This document shows, piece by piece, positions 48,530-59,800 of a stretch of DNA of 64,000 nucleotides. Each line of letters starts with the position of its first letter. The stretch's first letter is position 1. The notes below the pieces were generated by a model, which made no database searches, was not told where the DNA came from, and was given only the letters and a program-made list of their open reading frames with translations. Origin of the DNA: Podospora anserina (Eukaryota); contig CM030333.1 of assembly GCA_017654855.1 (NCBI GenBank), positions 1,674,001-1,738,000 on the forward strand, read 5' to 3'. The translations under genes were made by a program, and so were the position numbers.

Positions 48530-49933
48530 GGGACTGACAATTTGTGGGGGGTGGGGGGGGGGGGTGTTGCTGGATATACTGACGAGTGGGGGAGGGAAAA
48601 TGCAATGACGAGGATATGTGTGCATGACTTGGACTGGATTGTTAAAGAAAATTTTGGTTATGGCTGTTTGGTGTGTTTTCGCTTCAGGATAGAGAGGGCA
48701 CCGGTCCCTGTAATACATACATAGAGTGGTGTACAACAACTTTTCCAATGGTCATCATGACGGTTCTAGTGGTGGTCTAATGAGAGACGTGGTGATGGCC
48801 TTGACACTAAATGCCGCACAGGTGGTGGGCACATGGCACTGTTGTCTTATAGCACAGGACATCTATATTGACGAGATGATAACAGGTAATCCAACACCAA
48901 GGCATGACGAGTCGCAAAGTAAACAACATATTATTCATCAAGAAGAATCACAGCAATCGTCGGTCAAACATGACATTTATTAGACCAGATATCTACGAGT
49001 CTCGCGGGTCCCCTGACCTATCGTAGATTCGTCGCCTCATTAAAACCTTCCTGGGCTTTTTTCTTCACGGGTCAAGGAAAAAGAGCGGCCACCACGATCG
49101 TCCAGTCGGTCATCTCTCCACCCAGTCCACCTCGGGTAGCCCTCCATAGTATATACACTCCAAAACAAAAACCAAATTACATGATAACCAGCGTTTCCAA
49201 ACCGAGACTGTATAGGTATCATTGTTGTATGTTTGATGTCGTTTCTGTGTCGTTTCCACATCATTTCCATGTCGTTTCCAAGACTCCAAAACTTCGAGGG
49301 GGTAATCATGCAAGTAAATCCAACGCTGTCCTCATTCCAAAGAACAAAAGCCCAAAAACAAAAAAGATCCTCCCCTCAGACTGGGGGTGGTCAATGAGAT
49401 GAGCCAAGATAGCCTCATTTTTGCGTGAGATCAGCCAAAACGACCCTCCGTCTTATCTTACGTCTATGGGATGAAGGGTGTATTTTTGAGCCTTTTTTGG
49501 CTGTTGAAAAGTGGTGACGTTTGGTTTTTTTTTTTTTTTTTTGGCGGTGAGGATGTTGTGTGGGTGTCCGGTGACGGTTGTGGCCTGGGTGAGGGTGACC
49601 TGGGTGATGGTGAAGGTTGTGGCTCTGTGGCTACTAACCTTGCCAAGATATCGGGCCGAAAAAACTACCAGAGGTCTCATGAGCCGGTGAGATGAGATAC
49701 ATCGTGTGGGCCGTGGGATGAGCCGAAGGTCTGAGTCCGTGGGATGAGCCAAGATGAGGGTCATCTCGTCTCATCTCATCTCACTGACTACCCTGTTCAT
49801 ATCCGTCCATGGAAAGCCAGTCCGCGTTTGGATCAGATGCCCTCCAGGACCCCAAGACCGTAAGGATCAGATGTCCCCATCCGCTCCTCAAAATGACTTG
49901 CCACTGGCGCCTGGAGATCCTCCAGCCCCAAAC

Positions 49934-50987
49934 TCAAGTCCACAGACTCCTCACCCGCCTGCGCAAGCTGCTCCCCCTCAACTCCTCCAAAATTCCCGTT
50001 TGAGAGCTCTGGGTCAACCGCTCCCAAACCCCGGGGCCACAACGTCGTCCTCCACTTGAGCGAGCTGTTGCCCGCCAGGTTGTTGCCCGCTTGCTAACCA
50101 CCTCTTCAACCCGCGCTCTCCTCGCGTTTTGCTCGGCAATGGCGGCCTTCCTCTTCTCTTGCCCAATCGTTTTCTTCGCCGCCGTCAGATATCTCCTCCT
50201 CCCCCAATCTGTGAGCTTGTCCCAAGCCAGAGGCTTATCCCCTTCGGCTTGAGCTTTCGCGTGCAGCTCCATTGCCATGACGCGTTTCTCTATACACACA
50301 TGTGATCAGCACACAACCGGGGATAGCAAGGGGGGCTACGTACTGTGCTCCTGGTGGGGGGGTAGAGGTTAAAGGCGAGGGGCGGGCTAGGGGAGAGAGT
50401 GGGATCTAGACATCATATTAGTATGAATAAATGAGCTCGGATGAAAAAAAAACATGGGCGTTTGTAAACGAGTAACCACGTTCGCCAACGCTGGCCTGTT
50501 GGGAGAGGAGACGAGGGGACAAATCGTTGAAGACATTCGCAAGCCCTCAGTATGTTTTGAAAAAGAGTATAAGCAGACGTGATGATAAAGTCGATGAAGG
50601 TATTTGCAAATTTCAAGAACGGAATCCCAAAACTATTCGTAAGCCCCCGCCTTGACCGTTGAAATAAAGGCACAAGCAAATGTAAGGACAAGGTCCCCAG
50701 AGCCATTGCAGATGCTTTAAAATCAAAACTATAAGGCGAGCAGATGTAGGAAGAAAACAGTGAAGGCATCTGAAAACGCTTGAACAAACAGAAAAAGAAA
50801 TAAAGAAAAGTAAGAAGAGGAATTAATAATAGGGAAAGATAACTTACATGCTTGCTGGACACCGCCAGCAGGAAGATTACCCAGCGCGAGGCGGGGAGGG
50901 GTTGCTGATAGGTCACGAAACTTTGCATCGTCCTCTTTGGCTTCTATTTCTTGGGCGTTCAGTGTGCTGGTGCTGGTCTGGTGCTGG

Positions 50988-51044
<57 letters not shown>

Positions 51045-51050
51045 AATTCC
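49934..51050 (-). pseudogene. Probable orphan gene or relic with polyQ tract; exon structure unresolved
   Basis: Protein-like segments 51049-50848 (ELQQQ...IEAKEDDAKFRDLSATPPRLALGNLP, ending at GTAAGT) and ~50290-49934 (AMELHAKAQAEGDKPLAWDKLTDWGRRRYLTAAKK...GVWERLTQ). Splice phases do not join cleanly and no start codon was found. Confidence 0.35.
50989..51042. repeat. (GCTGTT)9 hexanucleotide microsatellite (CAACAG, polyQ, on minus strand)
   Basis: Direct tandem repeat. Confidence 0.9.
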
Positions 51051-52564
51051 TATCTCTTGAGGATTCAACTTGCTGGCGCAATGAGAACACCTGCCTGCCC
51101 TAGGACTACCCCCAGAACCACCCGGAGAGCGCTGAACCCACCTACCCTTTTTACCACTTAGAAGCGTAATGGACTTCCTCACCTGTCCACCGTCCTGGTA
51201 ATTGCGAACAAGCACCGCCAGCTCATTTGAAGCTTATTCCCCATTTCCCACCTGACACTCAGTCACTATTAGCGCGTTAATTCGATATCCTGCAAAACCC
51301 CCGAATCCGATTGTCCATCTCGCTCAGAAAATCAAAGAACCAACAACCAAAAGCCAGCATTTCCAACCCGACGACTGCAACCACGCCATCACTCACCTGT
51401 CAACCCTCTGCTATCCACACGGACATCGAAATCGAGACTTTCATCATCTCTATCGCCATCTCCGTCCCCAAAAAATATCACACACCGAAGCAATAACCGT
51501 CGATTACGATCCCGACCGCAAACCTCACCCCCAGCATTCCAAACCCAACGATGATCTCAACACTACTCGCCAGAAGCACCCCTTGATAGACATCGCCAAC
51601 GAAGAGATATCAGTATCATTGTCACCTCTACCATCATCACCTCTACCACCCTCTTTCCCCTTCCCGACCGACCCTGCTGCCTAGGTAGATATCTCCCTTA
51701 CAACCAACGCCACCCCCACAGCCACATCCCTGGCCCTCAGCATCTACATACAACGCGAACTCCACCACAGCATCTACCTCTACTCGCCGCCCGAGTAGGA
51801 GGGGGAGGAAGGAATATCCAAAAAAGGAGAGGCCTGATTCCCCCGCCAACGTCAATCCGCGCAGTCGCTGGTCCCCCTTTCCCGTGCGCGCACGCTCGCT
51901 TGGCTGGCCTATACGTTCACAAGATCCCAAGCATCGCGAAGGGGGTGTTATGGTGATGAAGGGGGGTTTTTTTCTTTCTATTTTTTGGGGAAAATATGCG
52001 AAAATGACACTGTTTTTGGGAGTTGCCTTGTGGAATATGGGTTTTATGCGGGAAAAGCAGGGGTTGCAGCACCCCTTTTTCGTGCATATGCAGAGGATCG
52101 TGAAGCAAACAAATCAGGGGTTGCTTTTGCTTGGGAACTTGAGAAGATCGAGATATATCATTTCTGGTCATAAAAACACAGGGAAATGCTCTTTTGACGG
52201 GAAATCGTCGGAAACATTGAAATTGACGGATTTATCGTCGGTTTTTCGTTGCAAAAATGCCATTTTCGTAGAATTTTCATGATTTTATATGCTGTCAAAT
52301 CATCAATATCAAGCGCTGGTCTCTCAGCCTCTCCAAAACGCGCTCCCAGTACTAAAACACGCTCTCAGCACTTAAATGCGCTCTCAATAGCAAAACGCGC
52401 TTCCAATCCGTCAGACGTTGTCAGTGCCCCTGAAACTTGATTCACCGCCCTCCCCACCCGTCATCACCTGTCAAAAGCTCAGCTGTCCCAAAACCGCTGT
52501 CATTTGTACACAGTATGTAATATCTCGCCCCGTTACGTAGGTACACTCCCCACGGCAGTCGTCC

Positions 52565-54911
52565 TCAGCCCTGCATGGGCGCCACGACCTTCCCCCCATC
52601 GACAATAATCAGCTCGTCAATCTTCTTGCCCACATCCTCCCCCCATTCTGACCTCTTCCACGTCGTGATCCTCGCCTCGTTGGTGTTGAAATCGAATATC
52701 CTGATCTTTCGGTGAAACCCACCGTAACCGGCGTACCCGCCAAAGCCAGTCGCGCCAGCGTAGCACATCCACAGTGCGGGCTTGGGCTGCTGGCCCTCGG
52801 CGTTGATGGATTTCAGGCCGCAGTACTCGTTCACGTGGTCACTGCCAAAGCGGGTTAGCACCAACTAACCTTGTTACCGTGGTAGGTTCAAGGCTGGAAC
52901 AGGGCGGAACGGCTGTTCGGACGGGGTGGGCCGTGGAGCTGAGCGCTTGGCGAAGCCTCACGAGCACAGGCTCCGGACCCAGTGACCCAGAACGCCTTGG
53001 GCATGCAAGCCTCAGGCTGGACTGGAGAGAGGCTGGGCCATGCGTCAACAGAGCCCGCCAACTGCCCATGAATGGCTTAGACTGGATATGGAGGACATGC
53101 CATCACTCAACGACAGAGCCACCAACTATCCATTAGAGACTTCAGACTGGTCATGGAAGCGCCACATCAGTTGATACGACAGAGCCCACCAGCTGGCCGC
53201 GAAAGACCGACCCAAACTGACAGGAAAGACACCTCGCCAGTTGAGGACAGGGCCCACCAGCTGACCACCCAAGACCCAAATCGGCCATGAAAGATAACCG
53301 CACCACTCGGCATGGTTCATCTCACACCTCGCCCTGCCCAAGCCCAACCCATCCCTCTTCCAGCAAGCCAACACATCAAATGAACAAGGTATCACTTACT
53401 GCCCACAACTAACCATCATCACCCCCTCCTCAACCAACGCCCCGTAGAACCCCGAATTATACGCCGGCGCCGTACTCGCCTCCCTCATCCACTCACCCAC
53501 AATCGTCAGATTCATATCCCTATACTCCGGAATCGGAATATGAATAAACGCAACATCCATATGATGCTTCCTGTACTCCTTATGCGCCTTCTTCAACCCC
53601 TTCGCCGTCTGCCGAAACCAATCGATCTGGTTCTGCTTCAACCAGTCATACCCATGGTACTTCCTCTCGTTCGGACTATACGCGTGCGTGTCAAGCAGAT
53701 AGACCGTGATGGCTGAATGCCCCGAGCTCCCCTGGGCGAGCACTTCGATGTAATAGTTCCCCACACCGTCGACATCCACTGGTCCGGCCTTGGAGAGGGA
53801 ATACGGCAACGCCTCGATCAGCTCCATCTGCGCAGCCCTCGACATCGACCCCTCGTCGTCGTGGTTGCCAAAGATGGAAACATACGGGATCTTGTGCTTG
53901 ATCAACAGCTGGGCGTACTTGAAGATGGCCGACTGCGTGTCGGGCGACGTCTCCCCGTTAACCTGATCCCCTGACAGCACCACCAGATCAGGGCTTTCTT
54001 CTTCGATAACCCTCTCGATAAAATCAATCGTCCTCGTGTCCGCCTCGCACTTGCCCCCATGCTTCTCATCCCACCCACCAGGCAGGCTATCCCTGCACTT
54101 CCCCACCCCCGTCGAAAAGTGAATATCAGCCAACTGCATGATTTTATACCGTCCATTATCCCTCACCCGCGGCACAGGCTTGGTGATCTCGACCGGCGCC
54201 CCCCTCCGAACAGTGATGTGCGCAGCATGGAACTTCCTCCCTCCGTCGAGAAGCAAAGCCGTCGAACCAGTCAGCATCCACCCGGCCCTCGCCTCGATGG
54301 CATCGTCCCCGAAAAGAACATCAACCGCCGTGACGGCCGATTTCGAGTCTGATACCCCCCGTTTGGAGGAGCGCTTGATCCAGAGGCCGCCAGGGCGGGA
54401 CTCCCACTTCTCTTCCGAGTCTAAGTTCTCGGACGACTTGGAAGGGTTGAGTCTCCCGACTGTTACGTCGATGACAACCTTGTCTTCTGAGGTCAACTCC
54501 TCTTCTCGCTTACGCTGGACGTGGAGGTAGGCGCTGCTGAGCACCGACTGTTTGAGATACAAATCCTTCTCTACCCTGTGCCATTTTTTGGGATCAAGCT
54601 TGCAGCTTGAGAAGGGGTTTAGAGAGGAGCAAGTGGTGAGGGTGATGTCCGTGATGACGGAGCCGTGGTGGTGCGTGGGGAGATAGGTGTGGATTGCGTT
54701 TGGCAAGACGCGGTAGTGCCGGTCAAGGAAGAAGATGACGATGAAGGTGAAGATGGCGGCGGTGGAAGTTTGGACTATTGTCCGGACCTGGGAGAGGGGG
54801 TTAGCGGCGGGTCGGCAAGCCGGTGGTAGGACGTGTATGCAGGGTAAATGAGATCACAGCCAAGCTAGGCAGAGAACAAGAGAGAAGAGCACATACAATT
54901 CGTCGTGTCAT
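52565..54911 (-). CDS. DCR2: Dcr2-like calcineurin-type metallophosphoesterase with N-terminal membrane anchor, ~559 aa, 3 exons
   Basis: Exons 54911-54897 (MTRRI), 54787-53400 and 52841-52565 total 1680 nt. Motifs QLADIHF, SGDQVNG, FGNHDDE, FIHIPIPEY, CGHDHVNEYC (across the 558 nt intron) and GATGFGGY. Confidence 0.92.
52891..53295. repeat. Degenerate ~65-68 bp tandem repeat inside Dcr2 intron 2 (4 clear and 2 decayed copies)
   Basis: ACAGRGCC(C)RCCARCT at 53048, 53113, 53179 and 53247, with weaker copies at 52966 and 52899. AGRCTGG recurs at 53014, 53079 and 53144. Confidence 0.7.
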
Positions 54912-55291
54912 TGTAGCTGTTGGATTTCTGTACTGAAAAAAAAGCAAAAAAAAAAGCCAAAAGCTAAAGTGTTGGAAAGGTCTCCAACTGTATCGATAGG
55001 TCTGGCCTATGGACTTGTAGACAGAGCTTCCCCCCCCCCGTCGGGTATTATGTGTTATATACTGGATGTATCGCTTTCGTCCGTCAGATCGATCTAAGAT
55101 ATTTCTACCTCGACGCAAACACGAACTTGCAGGAAAAAAGATCTGGGACCGGCCGCGCAGCAGCAGCAGCGTCGTGGAGGGTAGACAGCAGCAGCAGCAG
55201 TGGTCGAGGGTCTATGCCCATCTTTCTACCATGCCGGTCGCGCCACACACAAAGAAGAACCCTCAAGCTTCCTCTCTTCTTTTCTCTCTTG

Positions 55292-55331
<40 letters not shown>
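55292..55331. repeat. (CT)n microsatellite
   Basis: Near-perfect dinucleotide run upstream of the Dcr2-like gene. Confidence 0.85.
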
Positions 55332-56750
55332 GTATTTACCGATCTTGATCGTCGTCGCCGTCGCCGTCGCTCGAGGTTCGGTCTCTGTGGGTATGCCGAA
55401 TGTCGAATTCGTTGGACGCAGCAAGGAGGGTGATGGACTCGCTTATTAACCCGTTGGAGATGCTCTCGAGCGCGTGTGATGCGAAGCGTAAGGGTGAGCC
55501 ACGAAAGCTAATGTCGTCGGCGTTGCAATGATAGCAATGGAGCTCTAGGTACCTCGATGGGTAGGTCGTTGAACGTGGTGCTGGCAACAGAAAAAAGTTG
55601 AGAAAGGGGATGATTTGAAGTTGTCCAAGACAGGCAGGCAAGGGGCTTGAGGCGGCGGAGTGCCGACAATCCGGGGTAAGGTGAGCAGCCGCCCCGCCAA
55701 GATCCTGGTGTTAGGTGGGGTGGGGACGGTTAAGGGGTGAAACGTTCTGGAATCTTTCTTGGAGGGACATTTGAAGACGGTAAGTACACATCATTGGTGT
55801 AAATACGCTGGCAAATAGATAGACAATACATGAACGGAACGATAATTCTCTCGGTAAAGATATTTTGGGTTCTCGACACAACCGTGACATCAACTCTGCC
55901 CTACCCAAACTCCTGGATCACAACCACGACCACGAGAATGTAACCAACGCTGTGGTAGTGGTGACGTTCGGTGTGGTTGAATGAAGGCGTAACTTAAATA
56001 TGGCCGTCTGAGTGGGCTCCAGAACACGAGCAGATGGCGTAAACGCCTAGTCTCTCAACAACTGATGATTCCGATGGTGTGATCACCACCGGCCTGGCCA
56101 GCAGGAAAGATAAATATCTCTCCCGACGCACATGCAACTCCATATTCACAATAAAATTCAACACACAAGTCGTTCATTTTTAACTTCTTTCCAAATTCTT
56201 TCCTATCAATATGTACAGCCAGCTATCCAATATCTCCCTCTTCCTCTCCCATCTTATATCTCCTGCACAGCAAGTAAAGACCGACCGGGGGTATCTCATC
56301 CTCATCTCCATCCTCTCTCCCCAACAAACAAACAAATCGCTCAAACGATGCCCAAACTAATGATACCCCAAAAAAAATTCATAACTCCATAACGTTCATT
56401 GTCTTCATCTCCTCTTCCTCCAATGTAATCCATCCATCCAGTGGGTGTTCCATATCATAGTGCGTGTACTCTTCCCCTCGTCGAACGTATTATCTCCAGG
56501 GAAAAAAAAAAATGTTGCCTATTAATAACCATGTATGTCCCTCCTCGCTCCTGTCGATTGTGAAGACATTTTGTCGAAGCGAAAAAGATGATGATGTCGC
56601 CGTGCTGTGTTTACCGGCCGTGAGTGATGAGAGGCGAAAATAAATGTCCAAGTTGTACAGAATGGTAAGTAAAAGATGGGCTTGCGCCCTCTTGAGTCTT
56701 TCTCTTTGTTGTCTTTCTTATAGGTCTTCGGAAATGTTGACAGAAATATA

Positions 56751-56751
<1 letters not shown>

Positions 56752-56823
<72 letters not shown>
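56752..56823. repeat. (GTT)24 microsatellite, i.e. (CAA)n in the probable 3' UTR of the methyltransferase-like gene
   Basis: Perfect 72 bp trinucleotide run, 44 bp beyond the stop codon at 56868. Confidence 0.95.
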
Positions 56824-56825
<2 letters not shown>

Positions 56826-56867
56826 GCGTTGCTTGGTGGTGGTGTCGTAAACCTTCTTTGTGGGAGA

Positions 56868-59800
56868 TTAAATACTCGCCACCCTCGCCCTATTCCCATC
56901 CGGCACTCGTCCATAACACACCATCAACTTCAAACTCGTCCCCCACTCCTCGCACTCCTTCACCAACATCCTATCCCTCCACATGCTTCCCTTCGACCCA
57001 GGCCACCCCATCCCCGGATTGGCAACTCCCGCGCTCTCATAGCACCTAGTATACCACCACCTCCCCACCTTGGCCACCATGCTCGTGATACTCTCATCAG
57101 CGACCGGTCCCTCCTCGCTCATCAGCTCTGGCAGGCTACGTTCATCCTTCTTGTTGGTGTTGGTCTGGGTAAAGGAGACTCTTGAAGATCGGGTAGCTGG
57201 GCTTGCGACGGGGATGCCGACTCGGCAGGTCTTGATGTCGGTGAAGCCCTTCCTGTTGATGAGACGCAGCATCAAGTCCGAGGTGGAACCAAGACTGGTG
57301 TCAGGGGTGCGGGCGTGGATCCTTTCTTTCAAACGACGAACAGCCCTCCGACCACGGTTGCCCATGTTGTTAAAGTCAACGTCGAGAATGGACAGCTCGA
57401 TGAATCCGCCTGGCTTGAGAACGCGGCGGGCTTCTGAGATGATGTTGCGGTAGTGGGACTCAGGACCGGCGGCAGGGAAGCGAAATACAACTGCTGTGAA
57501 GGATTGGGCACCAAAGGGAAACTTGTCGAGATGCGAGCGGTACTGAATTTGGTGGTGGTTGGGTGGGCTTAAAGGGATGGTGGTGCTGGAGGAGGTTGAG
57601 CTGCGGTTTTGATGCTCGGCAGGCAAAGGAGCCCGAGGAGAAAGGTTGAAGAAAGTTGCGGCGGGATACGTCTCGGCAGCATAAAAAGACCAGTCGTCGT
57701 TGCCGAGGCCGTCAATCACCAAGATGGAAGGACGTTTCAGGGAGCCAACTTCAGGAATGAGCTCGTCGCGGATGGGACTGAAAAGCACATGGCCAAAAGT
57801 GAGCCACTTGGAGACTGTCATGGAGCCCACACGGAGGTTGACTTGAGAGGTTGGTGTGATCTCCTCAGAGCTTTGGCTACTGCAGCTGCCGGACGAGATG
57901 CGGGTCTGTTGAACTTGTGCTGGTGTGCTGTTGACTTGCGGTGCCGGCTCCGGTTTCTGAGGTTCGGCAGCCGTGGTGGGCATGTCAGCAGTGGGAATAG
58001 AGACGCAGATAGACATGCCAGTATCCAAGGCACGTCGAACTTCCTCAGCCATTTCCGTTGTGTATACACTGGAGCTAGTTTGCTCCATGCCCTGACGCAA
58101 AGCCTGCACCAAACTAGGCAAAGGCGGAGGGCTGAGAGTAGGCGACTCTAAAGCCGGCTCGATCCGTTTGGTAGCCTCTAGACGAAGTGGTTTCGGCCAG
58201 GCCTTGCCTCCAATGGCAGAGAACCTGGGAGTATCCTCCCCAAGCAGATCGTTATACTCGTCCCAAATCTCATCCTCTGCAAGAGGAGCGCTGGGGTCTG
58301 GGACAACTGCAGTGGCTTCCGCATAGTTGAAGAAGCCACCCGAGCTGCTCGAAGATGTTGTCGTGCACTGGGAGTTCTTCCGTGGCGAAAAGCAGAGGAA
58401 CTCGTGATGAGAGCGACTGGGGTCGACAGGAGACAACCTCGGGATACCATAGATCAACGCTGAAATGTTGCTGATGCTCCGTTCCGTCAGCTCGTCCTGA
58501 ACGAGCTCAGGCGTCAGGTCCTTGGGAGACATGGGCGCAGTGGCCATTGGTTCAACATTCTGGACAATGGACTTCACTGCTGGTGCTTGGATGCTTCGTC
58601 TGTTGAAGGGTCTCGAGAAACTGGGAGGCGAGAGTTGTTCTGTCCTGGCGCTGACAACCTTTGGAATCCGACCAACTTGCGGGAGTCTGCTCGGTCGAGG
58701 AGGAGCCTGTCGTGGAGGCATGGCCTGCCTCTCAGGTGGCGACATTGGTACTGCAGACATCGGCGCAGGGTTGATAGGAGAGATGACGGTACGTTTTGGG
58801 ATGATAGACGATGGAGTCATATTCGCCTGGGGCACTGGAATTTGCGTCGAGCGTCTCTTATCTTCCGTAACCTTCACTGGCGGTTGAGCTGGCGGTGTAT
58901 CTGCCCGTTTGGCTTCTCGAAGCACTTCATCGAGGTCTGGGGTTTCTGCATCCTCTGCCTCTGACGAGTCGATCAAGGTGTAGAAGGCCACAGGCTTGCT
59001 TGGAGGTGCTTCGACGGCGGCCACAGTGGGCTTCTCTGGTTCTACCTGTTTCTCCACGGCAGGTTGGCTATGGGATCGACCAAAGAAGTTCCACTTGCGG
59101 GGAGATCGAGAACGTTTTATGAGCTTCTTGGGGCCGAGGTTGGTCGAGGTGGCCGGTTCCGGTTTGGCCTTGGCCAGGCCTACCGAGGGGTCAAAGACAG
59201 AGTCATCCGACATAATGCTGGCGTCCAAGCTGGTGAGAGAGGGTGACACAACTTGCGGCCTGGTGACGATCGGCTTGGGCAGTCTCGGAGGCTCTTGTTC
59301 TCCAGATTTGAGCCGCTGTATAGATCTCCGGAGGGCGAGGGTAGGCTTCAACGTTTGTGCCTCGGAAACACTGCTTTCAGATGGGCGACGAGACGAAGGC
59401 GCAGGGGATGGTGTAACTCCGCGTGGAATAGGTGACGGCCACAGGGTATTGCGTGGTTGTTCGCGAGAGAACAGCGAGATTTGGGAGCTATTCCTGGACT
59501 CAACACTGGGGCGTCGAAGAGACATGCTCTGGCTGCTCTCGGTGCGTGTCAGTTCGGCACTCGCGTTTCTGTTTTCGATAATCTCGCCCCCGGCAATGAT
59601 GACGGGTGCCATCCGCTCCGCAAGAAACGAATCGCCTGGCTTGCCCTCCTGCGAGGACATGGTACCAGGTATTACACGACCAGGGAGGGTGGTGCTGCTT
59701 CTCCGACGTGCATGTCCTAACCGCCCATAGCCCTCGTGTCCAGTGCCAGCCGCAGGTCCTTTCCTCGCCGTCTTATCCTTTTTCTCTTGCTCCTGGCTTG

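Noticed and set aside
52891-53295. Repeat-spacer periodicity resembling a CRISPR array
   Set aside because: It is in a eukaryotic intron, the repeats are degenerate, the spacers are related to each other, and there are no cas genes.
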